NCBI GenBank assembly: GCA_044449445.1
Contig: JBIOIA010000002.1
Span: forward strand, 1 to 45,296
Source: Gemmatimonadales bacterium
GTDB lineage: Bacteria; Gemmatimonadota; Gemmatimonadetes; Gemmatimonadales; JACORV01
DNA: 45,296 nt
Direction: 5' to 3'
The first letter of the stretch is position 1. Each line of letters begins with the position of its first letter. The notes beneath the pieces were generated by a model that worked only from the letters and a program-made list of their open reading frames with translations, ran no database searches and was not told the DNA's origin. Below, in pieces: positions 17,331 through 27,242 of this stretch. The position numbers and the translations under genes were made by a program.

Positions 17331-19357
17331 TCCCCCGAGGCGAGCGCCGTCTGCACGAACGGCGTCTCGCTCATCCGCGGCAGCTTGCGCTTGCTGAGCA
17401 CCAGGAACCACTCCCACAGGCTCGCGACGATCACCAGCACGACCACCGCCATGAACGCCAGCGCCAGCGCCGCATCGAGGCGGTCGTTGAACATCAGCCG
17501 CTGGGCGCCGGGGGCTCCCGAGCCCGCGAGCGAGCGCGCGTGCGAGAGAAACCCGAGCCGCGGATCGAGCGCGAAGACCTTCTCGATGCCGGCCGTGAGC
17601 GTCACGGTGGTGACGAAAGCCAGGGGGACGAGCGTCACCCACGCGTAGCGGACCCGGTTCATCTTGATGATGATCGTCGTGGTGACGCACAGCGCGATGC
17701 ATGCCAGCAGCTGGTTGGCGATGCCGAACAGCGGCCACAGCGAGTTGATGCCGCCCAGCGGATCCACCACGCCCTGGTAGAGGACGTAGCCCCAGCCGGC
17801 CACGAACAACCCGCTCGCCACGACGTTGGCCGGATACCACGACAGCTCGCCGAGTCGCTTCCACCCGTGCCCGAGCAGCTCCTGCACCATGAACCGGCCG
17901 ACCCGCGTGCCGGCGTCCACCGTCGTCAGGATGAACAGCGCCTCGAACATGATGGCGAAGTGGTACCACAGGGCGAGTGCGCCGGGCGAAAACAGCCCGC
18001 CCAGGATGTGCGCCATGCCCACGGCGAGGCTCGGCGCGCCGCCGGTGCGTGAGTACAGCGACACCTCGCCCATCTGGCGCGCGAGCGCCTCCATCTGTCC
18101 CGGCTCCAGCACGAAGCCCCATGCCGCCACCGTGCGGATCGCCGCCTCGCCCGTGCCCACCGTGGCGGCCGGCGCGTTCATCGCGAAGTAGACGCCGGGT
18201 TGGAGCGTCGTCGCGGCGATCATCGCCATCAGGCCGACGAACGACTCGGTCAGCATGGCGCCGTAGCCGATCAGCCGGGCGTGCGATTCGCGCGTGACCA
18301 TTTTCGGGGTCGTGCCGCTCGCCACCAGCGCGTGGAATCCCGAAATCGCGCCGCACGCTATGGTGATGAACGCGAACGGAAACAGCTTGCCCGCGAACAC
18401 CGGACCGGTGCCGTTGACGAACGGCGTCACGGCGGGCATCCGGATCGGCGGCAGCAGGATCAGGATCGCCGCGGCCAGAACGACCACGGTGCCGACCTTG
18501 AGGAACGTCGAGAGGTAATCGCGCGGGGCCAGCAGCAGCCACACCGGCAGCACCGAAGCCGCGAATCCGTAGACGATCACGGCCCAGGCCAGCGAGGTGC
18601 CCGACCAGGTGAACCAGCCCGACCAGGTCGGGTCCTGCGCGACCCAGCGCCCGCCCAGCAGCGCCACGGCCAGCAGCGCCACGCCGACGAGCGACGCCTC
18701 GAGCACGCGGCCCGGCCGGAAGCGGCGCATCCACCAGCCCATCAGCAGCGCGATCGGGATCGTGCACGCGATGGTGAACAGGCCCCAGGGGCTGGCGCGC
18801 AGCGCGTTGACCACCACGAGCCCGAGCACCGCGATCAGGATGACGAGGATCGCGATGATCGCGACCAGCGCCGCGCTGCCCGTCGCGGGGCCGATCTCCT
18901 CGGCCGCCATCTTGCCCAGCGACTTGCCGTCGCGGCGCAGCGAGCAGCACAGGATCGTGAAGTCCTGCACCGCTCCGCCCAGCACCACTCCGGCCACCAG
19001 CCACAGCGTCCCCGGCAGGAAGCCGAACTGTGCCGCCAGCGTCGGTCCGACCAGCGGACCGGCGCCCGCGATCGCCGCGAAGTGGTGGCCGTAGAGCACC
19101 CACTTGTTGGTCGGCACGAAGTCGCGGCCGTTGGCGAGGCGCTCGGCGGGCGTGGCCCTCCGGTCATCGAGGCCGAAGACCTTGAGCGACACGAAGCGCG
19201 AGTAGAAGCGGTACCCGATGACGTAGGAGCAGATGCCGGCGACCAGGATCCAGGCGGCGCTGATGGTCTCGCCCCGCGCCGTGGCCATGACGGCGAATCC
19301 GGCGGCGCCCAGGGCGGCGACGAGGAACCAGGCGATTCGGCGAAGCAGCGGCTGCAT
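17327..19357 (-). CDS. cstA: Carbon starvation protein A (peptide/pyruvate transporter family)
   Basis: Strong CstA N-terminal signature (YRFYSRF...GHHFAAIAGAGPLVGP). Start moved to the second ATG (19357) because the first ATG (19372) lies inside a -10-like hexamer. Confidence 0.9.
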   Translation of the reverse strand: MQPLLRRIAWFLVAALGAAGFAVMATARGETISAAWILVAGICSYVIGYRFYSRFVSLKVFGLDDRRATPAERLANGRDFVPTNKWVLYGHHFAAIAGAGPLVGPTLAAQFGFLPGTLWLVAGVVLGGAVQDFTILCCSLRRDGKSLGKMAAEEIGPATGSAALVAIIAILVILIAVLGLVVVNALRASPWGLFTIACTIPIALLMGWWMRRFRPGRVLEASLVGVALLAVALLGGRWVAQDPTWSGWFTWSGTSLAWAVIVYGFAASVLPVWLLLAPRDYLSTFLKVGTVVVLAAAILILLPPIRMPAVTPFVNGTGPVFAGKLFPFAFITIACGAISGFHALVASGTTPKMVTRESHARLIGYGAMLTESFVGLMAMIAATTLQPGVYFAMNAPAATVGTGEAAIRTVAAWGFVLEPGQMEALARQMGEVSLYSRTGGAPSLAVGMAHILGGLFSPGALALWYHFAIMFEALFILTTVDAGTRVGRFMVQELLGHGWKRLGELSWYPANVVASGLFVAGWGYVLYQGVVDPLGGINSLWPLFGIANQLLACIALCVTTTIIIKMNRVRYAWVTLVPLAFVTTVTLTAGIEKVFALDPRLGFLSHARSLAGSGAPGAQRLMFNDRLDAALALAFMAVVVLVIVASLWEWFLVLSKRKLPRMSETPFVQTALASGD

Positions 19358-19367
19358 GTTGGCCGCT

Positions 19368-19397
19368 AGCATACGGTTGGGCGGGTGGCCCGGTCAA
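19368..19397 (-). promoter_or_regulatory. Sigma-70-like promoter of cstA (TTGACC-N18-TATGCT)
   Basis: On the minus strand, TTGACC lies at 19397-19392 and TATGCT at 19373-19368. The first ORF ATG (19372) is inside the -10 box. The next ATG (19357) is 10 nt downstream. Confidence 0.5.
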
Positions 19398-19406
19398 TGA
19401 CCTGCC

Positions 19407-19435
19407 TTGCGGCCGGTTTGGGCCCGGGATACGTT
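19407..19435 (+). promoter_or_regulatory. Weaker promoter-like motif before the SDR gene (TTGCGG-N17-TACGTT)
   Basis: TTGCGG at 19407-19412 and TACGTT at 19430-19435. GTG 19443 lies 7 nt downstream. Confidence 0.3.
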
Positions 19436-19442
19436 CGCCGCC

Positions 19443-20294
19443 GTGAGCCCCCGGGACAAGACCGACGCCGTGACCGCGCTGCTCGAGGAAGTGACCCACC
19501 GCGAGCAGGCGCAGCAGGTCGCGCCGCTCAAGCACGACCTCCACGGCAAGTCCGCGATCGTCACCGGCGCGGCCACCGGGATCGGCCGCGCCACCGCGCT
19601 CGAGCTGGCGCGGCGCGGCTGCGCGGTCGCCTTCAATTACGTGGATCTGCCGGGCCGGGACGTCTCGGTCCAGGCGGCCATGACCGAGGCGATCCTCAAG
19701 AGCCTCAACGTGGCCGTGTTCTGCGACCGCTGCGACGTCAGGCACCGCACGGAGGTCGAGAAGTTCGTGAAGGCCGCAAAGGAAGCGATCGGCGGCGTGC
19801 ACATCCTCGTCAACAACGCCGGGATCTCGCGCGACGCCGCGCTGTGGAAGACCGACGACTCCGCCTGGCGAGACGTCGTGGATACGAACCTCACGGGCGC
19901 GTTCAACATGATCCACTGCGTGGCGCCGATCTTCCGGAACCAGCACTACGGCAAGATCGTGAACGTGGCCTCGATCATGGCGATGAAGCCGGGTTTCGGC
20001 GTCGCCAACTACGCAGCCTCCAAGGCCGGCCTCATCGGCCTGACCCATGCGGCCGCCGTCGAGCTCGGCCCCGCCAACGTGAACGTGAACGCGGTCGCGC
20101 CGGGGTTCGTGAAGACCGAGCTGACCGAGCACTTGAGCGAAGAGCTGGTGACCCGGGCCCGCGGCCAGACGCCTCTGGGGCGCCTCGCCGAGGCCGACGA
20201 CGTCGCCCAGCTGATCGTGTTCCTCTGCTCCGACGCCGCGCGCCACATTACGGGCGAGATCATTCGCGTGGACGGAGGCCAGACCCTCAGTTAG
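19443..20294 (+). CDS. SDR-family oxidoreductase (FabG-like)
   Basis: TGAATGIGRA cofactor motif and YAASKAG catalytic motif. Start uncertain: GTG at 19443 lies 7 nt after a TACGTT box, while the track uses TTG at 19407. Confidence 0.8.
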   Translation: MSPRDKTDAVTALLEEVTHREQAQQVAPLKHDLHGKSAIVTGAATGIGRATALELARRGCAVAFNYVDLPGRDVSVQAAMTEAILKSLNVAVFCDRCDVRHRTEVEKFVKAAKEAIGGVHILVNNAGISRDAALWKTDDSAWRDVVDTNLTGAFNMIHCVAPIFRNQHYGKIVNVASIMAMKPGFGVANYAASKAGLIGLTHAAAVELGPANVNVNAVAPGFVKTELTEHLSEELVTRARGQTPLGRLAEADDVAQLIVFLCSDAARHITGEIIRVDGGQTLS

Positions 20295-20326
20295 GTTTCC
20301 CGCTGCTTCATGGGCCCGCCCCCGGA

Positions 20327-20992
20327 ATGGTGTTAATGTCGCGTTACTACCGTGATGTTGTCGTGATGGTGACTCTACTTGCCGCAGCTGGCTGCCGTGG
20401 CCACCATCCTAGTCAGGCCCACCCAACGGATCCCTTTGCGGCTATTGCAGTTGCGCCACTCCCAGTCAGCTCGCTCAATGGCTCGAACGTGCTGCTCCTG
20501 GTGGTCGGCGGGCTGTCCCTGGGCGATTCGACGGGCACCCTTCCGGATCTCGAGCCCCGGCGCGCCGCCCTGCTCCTGGAGGCCAATTCCGCCCTGGACA
20601 CCGCCGTGCGCCTGACCGGCCGCGGGGTGACCTGGATGGGTCTCGAGGAGCAGCGACGTGCCGCTCGCCGCAACCCGACCCTGGGGCTCGATCCCGACCA
20701 ATTCGTCACGTCCTACCTGGTCGGGAGCACGGTAGACCGGGTCCCCGACCCGCTGTGGGGCCAGGTGCGCACCCTGGGGGCCATCACCGGGGCCCGGTTC
20801 GCCGTTGTGCCAGCGGCCGTGCGGGTTTCCGGGACCCCAGGCGCTCTGACTGCCTCCTACATCGTGGTCGTGGCGGACATCCGTACCGGGGCGGTGATGT
20901 TCCGGGCCCGGGCGGCCGGCCGGCCGATGGCGACCGCCGAGGCGGCGCTCGCCAGCGCCGCCGGCACGGTCATCGCCGCACCCCTTCACTGA
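20327..20992 (+). CDS. Hypothetical lipoprotein
   Basis: Signal peptide with lipobox (MVTLLAAAGC). No recognisable domain. Confidence 0.55.
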   Translation: MVLMSRYYRDVVVMVTLLAAAGCRGHHPSQAHPTDPFAAIAVAPLPVSSLNGSNVLLLVVGGLSLGDSTGTLPDLEPRRAALLLEANSALDTAVRLTGRGVTWMGLEEQRRAARRNPTLGLDPDQFVTSYLVGSTVDRVPDPLWGQVRTLGAITGARFAVVPAAVRVSGTPGALTASYIVVVADIRTGAVMFRARAAGRPMATAEAALASAAGTVIAAPLH

Positions 20993-21005
20993 TTGGGACG
21001 CGAGC

Positions 21006-22043
21006 ATGCGACGCGAGAGCCAGAGCGCCATTCACAGCGTGACCCTGCTGCCCGGCGACGGCATCGGTCCCGAGATCATCGAGGCCACGCTGCTGGTCCT
21101 CGAGGCGACCGGCGCCGAGTTCGCCTGGGACCGGCAGGCAGCGGGCAAGGTCGGCGTCGAGCGGCGCGGCGATCCGCTGCCCGATCCCGCGATCGAGTCC
21201 ATCCGGATGACGAAGTGCGCGCTGAAAGGGCCATTTGAAACGCCGGTGGGCGGCGGCTACCGGTCCGTGAACGTCGCGCTCCGGAAGGAATTCCAGCTGT
21301 ACGCGAACCTGCGGCCGGTGCGCTCCATCATCCCGTTCCGCTCGTACGACAAGATCGACGTCGTGCTGGTGCGCGAGAACACGCAGGGGCTCTACGCGGG
21401 CGTGGAGCACTTCGTGCAGATCGGCGACGATCCGAAGGCGGTCGCCGAATCGGTGGCCATCGTCACGCGCGAGGGCTGCGAGCGGATCTGCCGCTTCGCG
21501 TTCGAGTACGCGGTGCACCATGCGCGACGGAAGGTCACGCTCGTGCACAAGGCCAACATCCTGAAAATGGTGAGCGGACTGTTTCTCGAAGAGGGACGTC
21601 GCATCGCGAAGGAGTTCGACGGCCGCATCGAGTGCGACGAGAAGATCATCGACAACGCAGCGATGCAGATCGTGATGAAGCCCGAGAGCTTCGACGTGAT
21701 CGTGACGACCAACATGTTCGGCGACATTCTGTCGGACCAGATCGCGGGTCTCGTCGGCGGACTCGGCCTGGCGCCGAGCGCCAACATCGGGACGAGGGCG
21801 TCCATCTTCGAGGCGGTGCACGGCACGGCGCCCGACATCGCGGGCCAGGGCAAGGCGAACCCGACGGCCCTGATGCTCTCGGCCGCGATGATGCTCGAGC
21901 ACCTGGGCGAGATGGACGCGGGGCGGCGCCTGCGCGACGCCATCGTGGCGACGATCCGGGACGACGGGATCCGCACCGGGGACCTGGGCGGCAAAGCGTC
22001 GACGATGGAGTTCGCCAAGGCCGTCGCGAAGCGGGTGGCTTGA
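21006..22043 (+). CDS. NAD-dependent isocitrate dehydrogenase-like (isocitrate/isopropylmalate dehydrogenase family)
   Basis: 345 aa. LLPGDGIGPEI and LRKEFQLYANLRP resemble IDH3-type enzymes. Substrate is not provable from sequence. Confidence 0.8.
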   Translation: MRRESQSAIHSVTLLPGDGIGPEIIEATLLVLEATGAEFAWDRQAAGKVGVERRGDPLPDPAIESIRMTKCALKGPFETPVGGGYRSVNVALRKEFQLYANLRPVRSIIPFRSYDKIDVVLVRENTQGLYAGVEHFVQIGDDPKAVAESVAIVTREGCERICRFAFEYAVHHARRKVTLVHKANILKMVSGLFLEEGRRIAKEFDGRIECDEKIIDNAAMQIVMKPESFDVIVTTNMFGDILSDQIAGLVGGLGLAPSANIGTRASIFEAVHGTAPDIAGQGKANPTALMLSAAMMLEHLGEMDAGRRLRDAIVATIRDDGIRTGDLGGKASTMEFAKAVAKRVA

Positions 22044-22081
22044 GGAGTCTCGCAACCGGGTCGTCGGCGTTCTCGACGTTC

Positions 22082-22717
22082 GTGCAGGTGGTGCCGCGGC
22101 TGCCGACGCTGATCCGGCGCATGCAGCCGACGTGGCACCTCCGGGCACTCGCGGCGCTCGACGGGCCGTTTCTCGAGGCGAACGGGATCCGCGGGCTGAT
22201 CTGGGACGTGGACGGGGTGCTCGCCGCCGATCGCGGCCCGCTCATTCCCGAGGCCGCGCAGACGTTTCGCGCGCTGCGGGGGCGACCGGGTCTGAAGCAC
22301 GTGATTCTGTCCAACGCGGGCGAGGAGCGGTTTCGGCAGCTTGGCGACATCTTCCCGGCAGTGCCGATCGTTCGTGGCTATCTGCTTGGGGAAAGCGTGC
22401 TGTATCGACGTCGCCTCGGCAGGGCGGACAGCTGGAGCGGGGCCGAGCTCGAGCAGCGGCTGGGCGAGGGCGCGCGGATGATCAGGAAGCCGAGCGCGCA
22501 GCTCGTGGACTACGCCATTCAGGAGCTGGGGTGCCGCAAGGATGAGACGGTGATGATCGGTGATCAGTACTTCACGGACGTGGCGGGCGCGAACCTCGCC
22601 GGCGTCCGCTCGATCAAGCTGCCGACCCTGGCGAAGGAGACGTTCCGGCTCTCAGTGCGGCTCTCGCACGCGCTCGAGTCGGCGATTTACGCCCTCCTGT
22701 ACGGACGCGCCGCGTGA
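22082..22717 (+). CDS. YqeG/GEP4-like HAD-superfamily phosphatase
   Basis: DVDGVL (DxDxV), KPS and GDQYFTDV motifs. Start uncertain (GTG 22082, TTG 22040 or ATG 22121). Confidence 0.65.
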   Translation: MQVVPRLPTLIRRMQPTWHLRALAALDGPFLEANGIRGLIWDVDGVLAADRGPLIPEAAQTFRALRGRPGLKHVILSNAGEERFRQLGDIFPAVPIVRGYLLGESVLYRRRLGRADSWSGAELEQRLGEGARMIRKPSAQLVDYAIQELGCRKDETVMIGDQYFTDVAGANLAGVRSIKLPTLAKETFRLSVRLSHALESAIYALLYGRAA

Positions 22718-23343
22718 CCGCCGAGGAGCTGCGCGCGCGCCTGGAATCGCTCGGTGTCGGCCGCATCGGGCGCCTGCGGCTGACCGACAACCACTCGGTG
22801 ATGGTGAGCCTCTCGCGGCGCGGCGTGCTGAGCGTGCATCGTGGCTACGCTTCGGCGCCCGATCACGTGCTCAAGGCGATCGTGCGCTTCGTGTCGCGTG
22901 GCACGCCGCGGCGCGCGCGCGCGGCCGCCCGGCACGAGATCCTCGGCTACCGCGTGGTCCTGCGCGAAAACACGCCGGCCCGCCACCCTGACAGGGCGCT
23001 TCCCGGAGACCGGGAGCTGGCGGAGCGGCTGGCCGCTGCGTTCCGGTCGCTGAACGTGCGACATTTCGGCGGTGTGTTGGCCGAGTTGCCGATCAGGCTG
23101 TCCGGGCGCATGCGCTCGCGGCTGGGCCATCTGGCCCTCGACGAGAGCGGCCGGCCGGTGGAGATCACGATCGGCCGCGGGCACGTCATGCAGCACGACT
23201 GGTCGGAGGTGACGCAGACGCTGTTGCACGAGATGGTTCACTTGTGGCAGTTCGCGAACGGCCATCCCGTGAATCACGGAGCGACCTTCCGGGCCAAGGC
23301 TCGCGAAGTGGGCGCTCATGCTGCGGCCCGACGGACGCTCTAA
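22714..23343 (+). CDS. SprT-like zinc metalloprotease-domain protein
   Basis: LLHEMVHLWQ HExxH motif in an SprT-like context. 4-nt overlap with the upstream gene. Confidence 0.7.
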   Translation: MTAEELRARLESLGVGRIGRLRLTDNHSVMVSLSRRGVLSVHRGYASAPDHVLKAIVRFVSRGTPRRARAAARHEILGYRVVLRENTPARHPDRALPGDRELAERLAAAFRSLNVRHFGGVLAELPIRLSGRMRSRLGHLALDESGRPVEITIGRGHVMQHDWSEVTQTLLHEMVHLWQFANGHPVNHGATFRAKAREVGAHAAARRTL

Positions 23344-23357
23344 CGAAGGCGACGACC

Positions 23358-24545
23358 ATGGCAGCTCGGTTCGACGGCGTGGACTACTACAACATGGATG
23401 GCCTCCTCAGCGAGGAGGAGCGTGCGGTCCGGGATACCGTCCGGCAGTGGGTGGACGACCGGCTCGCGCCGGTCATCAACGAGTGCTACCTCGAGGGCCG
23501 TTTCCCGGTGCAGCTCATCCCGGAAATGGCGGAGCTGGGCTTCCTAGGGGCGAACCTGCCGGAGGAATACGGCTGCGCCGGGCTCAACAACGTCGCCTAC
23601 GGCCTGATCATGCAGGAGCTCGAGCGCGGCGATTCGGGCGTGCGCTCCTTCGCTTCGGTGCAGGGCGGGCTCGTCATGTATCCGATCTACACCTTCGGCT
23701 CCGAGGAGCAGCGGAAGCACTGGCTGCCGAAGCTGGCGAAGGGCGAGGTCATCGGCTGCTTCGGCCTGACCGAGCCGGATTTCGGCTCCAATCCCGGCGG
23801 CATGATCACGACGGCCAGGGAGACCAAGGACGGCTGGGTGCTGAACGGCGCCAAGATGTGGATCACCAGCGGCTCGATGGCGCAGCTCGCCGTGATCTGG
23901 GCCAAGACCGGCGATCCCAAGGACGTCTCGTCCATCCGCGGCTTCCTGGTTCCGACCGACGCCAAGGGCTTCACGGCGAAGGACCAGAAGGGGAAGCTGT
24001 CGCTGCGGGCCTCCGACACGTCCGAGCTGGTGCTCGAGAGCGTGAAGGTCCCGAAGGACGCGATTCTCCCGAAATCCTCCGGGATCAAGTCGCCGCTGAT
24101 GTGCCTGACGCAGGCGCGCTACGGCATCGCGTGGGGCGCGATCGGCGCCGCGATGGGCTGCTACTGCGAGGCGCTGAGCTACGGCAAGCAGCGCGTCATG
24201 TTCGACAAGCCGATCGCCGGCTTCCAGCTCCAGCAGCTGCGCTTCGCGGAAATGCTGACGGAGATCACCAAGGCCCAGCTGCTGTGTCTCCAGCTCGGCC
24301 GGCTCAAGGACGCGGGGACGATGCGGCCGCAGCAGGTGTCGCTCGCCAAGCGGAACAACGTGAACATGGCGTGCGAGTGCGCGCGCGAGGCGCGCCGCCT
24401 GCTCGGCGCCAACGGCATCCTGGCCGAATACAGCGCGATGCGTCATCTCGCGAACCTCGAGAGCGTCTACACCTACGAGGGCACGCACGACATGCACACG
24501 CTGATCCTGGGCGAGGACGTCACGGGACTTTCGGCATTCGAATGA
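23358..24545 (+). CDS. gcdH: Glutaryl-CoA dehydrogenase (acyl-CoA dehydrogenase family)
   Basis: ATG at 23358. CFGLTEPDFGSNPGGM and YEGTHDMHTLILG resemble GCDH-type ACADs. Confidence 0.85.
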   Translation: MAARFDGVDYYNMDGLLSEEERAVRDTVRQWVDDRLAPVINECYLEGRFPVQLIPEMAELGFLGANLPEEYGCAGLNNVAYGLIMQELERGDSGVRSFASVQGGLVMYPIYTFGSEEQRKHWLPKLAKGEVIGCFGLTEPDFGSNPGGMITTARETKDGWVLNGAKMWITSGSMAQLAVIWAKTGDPKDVSSIRGFLVPTDAKGFTAKDQKGKLSLRASDTSELVLESVKVPKDAILPKSSGIKSPLMCLTQARYGIAWGAIGAAMGCYCEALSYGKQRVMFDKPIAGFQLQQLRFAEMLTEITKAQLLCLQLGRLKDAGTMRPQQVSLAKRNNVNMACECAREARRLLGANGILAEYSAMRHLANLESVYTYEGTHDMHTLILGEDVTGLSAFE

Positions 24546-24558
24546 CGGGGACCACCGA

Positions 24559-25311
24559 GTGAAAATCGCCGTGTGCATCAAGCGCGTGCCGGACACGGAG
24601 ACGCGCATCAAGATCGCCGCCGACGGCGTCTCGATCGACGAGGCCGGCGTCAAGTTCATCCTCAATCCCTTCGACGAGTACGCGGTCGAGGAGGCGCTCC
24701 AGCGACGCGAGAAGGCCGGCGCCGGCGAGGTTGTGATCGTCACCCTGGGCGGCGAGTCCGCGCAGGAGACGATCCGCACCGCGCTCGCGATGGGCGCGGA
24801 CCGCGGCGTTCTGCTCACGGCGCCGGCCATTCCGGCCGACGGCCTGGCGACCGCGAAGGCGCTCGCCGCCGAGCTCAAGGGTGGCGGCTACGACCTGATC
24901 CTGTTCGGCAAGATGGCCGCGGACGACTACAACCATCAGGTCGGCCCGATGGTCGCCGAGCTGCTCGGCGTGCCGTGCGCGAGCGCCGTCGTCAAGCTCC
25001 AGATCGAGGGCGGCACAGCGACTGCGGAGCGCGAGGTCGAGGGCGGCATCGAGGTCGTCGAGTGCTCGCTGCCGGCGGTCTTCACGGCCGACAAGGGCCT
25101 CAACACGCCGCGCTATCCGGCCCTCAAGGGAATCATGGCCGCGAAGAAGAAGCCGATCGAGGTGAAGCCCGCCGCGCTCGGGCCGGTGCGCGCCCGAGTG
25201 AAATCGCTCGGCTCGCCCCCTTTGCGGAAGGAAGGGCGCATCGTGGGTGAGGGCCCCGGCGCGGTGGGCGAGCTGGTGCGGTTGCTCCGCCAGGAAGCGA
25301 GGGTGATCTGA
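24559..25311 (+). CDS. etfB: Electron transfer flavoprotein beta subunit
   Basis: MKIAVCIKRVPDTETRIKI... is a classical EtfB N-terminus. 250 aa. Confidence 0.92.
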   Translation: MKIAVCIKRVPDTETRIKIAADGVSIDEAGVKFILNPFDEYAVEEALQRREKAGAGEVVIVTLGGESAQETIRTALAMGADRGVLLTAPAIPADGLATAKALAAELKGGGYDLILFGKMAADDYNHQVGPMVAELLGVPCASAVVKLQIEGGTATAEREVEGGIEVVECSLPAVFTADKGLNTPRYPALKGIMAAKKKPIEVKPAALGPVRARVKSLGSPPLRKEGRIVGEGPGAVGELVRLLRQEARVI

Positions 25312-26285
25312 TGGCGAAGATCCTCGTGGTCTGTGAGCAGAAGGGCGGCACGGTGCGGAAGGTGAGCCGCGAGGTCGTCGCCGCGGCGCGGCAGCTCGCC
25401 GATGCGTCGGGCACCGTGGACGCCATCGTCCTGGGCGCTCCCGGCCTCGACGCCGCGGGCGCGAAACTCGGCGAGGCCGGCGCCGACCGCGTGCTGGTCG
25501 CCGCCGCCGCCGGTTTCGGCAACTACGCGCCGGACGGCTACGCGGCGACCATCGCCGCGCAGGTGAAATCAGGCGGCTACTCCGCCGTGCTGCTGGGCGC
25601 GACCGCGATGGGGCGCGACCTCGCCGCGCGGCTTGCGGTGCAGGTGGACGCGCCGCTCGCGATGGACGCGACCGCGGTTGCAATGGAGGGCGGCAAGGTC
25701 GTCGCCACGCGGCCGGTGTTTGCGGGCAAGGCGATCCAGCAGCTCGTGCTCGATGCGGCCACGGTCCTGGTCGCGATCAGGCCGAACATCTTCGCGGTGG
25801 GAGCGGCCGGAAAGGCCGGTACGGTGGAGAACGTCACGGTCAGCGCGGTCACGCCGCGGACCCTCGTCAAGGAGGTCAAGGCGGCGGAGCAGGGCGCGCT
25901 GGACGTCTCGGAGGCGGCGGTCGTCGTGTCGGGCGGCCGCGGCATGAAGGGCCCCGAGCATTTCCATCTGATCGAGGAACTCGCGAAGGCGTTCGGGAAC
26001 GCGGCGGTGGGCGCCTCGCGCGCGGTCGTGGATGCGGGGTGGCGGCCGCACGGTGAGCAGGTGGGGCAGACCGGCAAGACGGTCAGCCCGCAGCTCTACA
26101 TCGCGATCGGCATCTCGGGAGCGATCCAGCACCTGGCGGGCATGCGCACGGCGAAGGTCATCGTGGCGATCAACAAGGACAAGGACGCACCGATCTTCAA
26201 GGTCGCCGACTACGGCATCGTGGGTGACGCGTTCGAGATCGTCCCGAAGCTCGCCGAGGAAATCCGCAAGGCGCGCGCCGGCTAG
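25311..26285 (+). CDS. etfA: Electron transfer flavoprotein alpha subunit
   Basis: ATG overlaps the etfB stop. C-terminal FAD-binding region ...[16 protein letters not shown]... Confidence 0.92.
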   Translation: MAKILVVCEQKGGTVRKVSREVVAAARQLADASGTVDAIVLGAPGLDAAGAKLGEAGADRVLVAAAAGFGNYAPDGYAATIAAQVKSGGYSAVLLGATAMGRDLAARLAVQVDAPLAMDATAVAMEGGKVVATRPVFAGKAIQQLVLDAATVLVAIRPNIFAVGAAGKAGTVENVTVSAVTPRTLVKEVKAAEQGALDVSEAAVVVSGGRGMKGPEHFHLIEELAKAFGNAAVGASRAVVDAGWRPHGEQVGQTGKTVSPQLYIAIGISGAIQHLAGMRTAKVIVAINKDKDAPIFKVADYGIVGDAFEIVPKLAEEIRKARAG

Positions 26286-27214
26286 AGGCCGGGCGGCGGG
26301 TCGGCGCCGTAGAGATCGCCGGCGAGGTACTTCATCCCGCTGTCCACGGCTACCGTCACCACGGTCTTGCCCTCGCCGAGCTCGCGCGCGATCTGGAGCG
26401 CGCCGACGACGTTCAGCCCGGTGGAGGTGCCGGCGAAGATCCCCTCCTCGCGCGCCAGCCGCCACGCCATCAGCCGGCCTTCCTTCTCGTCGATGGCCCG
26501 CGCCTCGCCGACCTGGGCGACGTCGAAGAGCGGCGGGACGAAGCCGGGCGCCGTGCCTTCGACCCGGTGTGCGCCCGGCGCGCCTCCCGACAGCACGGCT
26601 GAGGTGGACGGCTCGAGCGCGACGAGGCGCGGCCGCGGCCGGCGGGAGTTGAGCACGCGCGCCACGCCCATCAGCATGCCCGACGTCCCCGTGCAGGCGC
26701 AGAATGCGTCGATCGAACCGTTCGTCTGCGCGAGGAGCTCTTCGCCGAGGCCGGCGTAGCCCGCGAGCATGTCCTTGTTGCGCATCTGATCGGTGAAGTA
26801 GCTCGGAGCCTCGGCCGCGACGCTTCGGGCACGCTCCGTCATCCGGGGCACCAGGTCCGGCGTGAGCTTGCCGGTCGGGCTGTCGACGATGTCCAGCTCC
26901 GCCCCGAACACCTGCATGCTTCGCAGCTTCTCGGCGGCGACCGCGTTGGACGAGACGACGCGGAACCGGTAGCCCTTCACGGCGCAGACGAACGCGAGCG
27001 AGATGCCGGTGCTGCCGCCCGTCCACTCGACCACCGTCATGCCCGGCTTGAGGTCGCCGCGCCGCTCGGCCGCGGCGATCATGGCGAGCGCCATGCGATC
27101 CTTGTACGAGCCGGTCGGGCTCAAGTACTCGAGCTTCACGAGCACCGCGGCGCTCTTCTCCGGCACGACGCGCCCAAGCCGCACCAGCGGCGTGTTCCCG
27201 ATGGCGTCGAGCAT
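26282..27214 (-). CDS. PLP-dependent cysteine synthase/CBS-family enzyme
   Basis: MLDAIGNTPLVRL... and the SPTGSYKDR lysine motif. ATG at 27214 chosen (alternative GTG at 27238). The ORF-track N-terminal extension is Arg/Ser-rich and looks spurious. Confidence 0.8.
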   Translation of the reverse strand: MLDAIGNTPLVRLGRVVPEKSAAVLVKLEYLSPTGSYKDRMALAMIAAAERRGDLKPGMTVVEWTGGSTGISLAFVCAVKGYRFRVVSSNAVAAEKLRSMQVFGAELDIVDSPTGKLTPDLVPRMTERARSVAAEAPSYFTDQMRNKDMLAGYAGLGEELLAQTNGSIDAFCACTGTSGMLMGVARVLNSRRPRPRLVALEPSTSAVLSGGAPGAHRVEGTAPGFVPPLFDVAQVGEARAIDEKEGRLMAWRLAREEGIFAGTSTGLNVVGALQIARELGEGKTVVTVAVDSGMKYLAGDLYGADPPPGL

Positions 27215-27242
27215 CGACGGGACCCCGGGCGCCGTCACGCGC

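Noticed and set aside
20081-20095. Short tandem GTGAAC-GTGAAC in the SDR gene.
   Set aside because: It has only two units, is in frame (encoding NVNVN) and lies within a conserved enzyme core. It is trivial.
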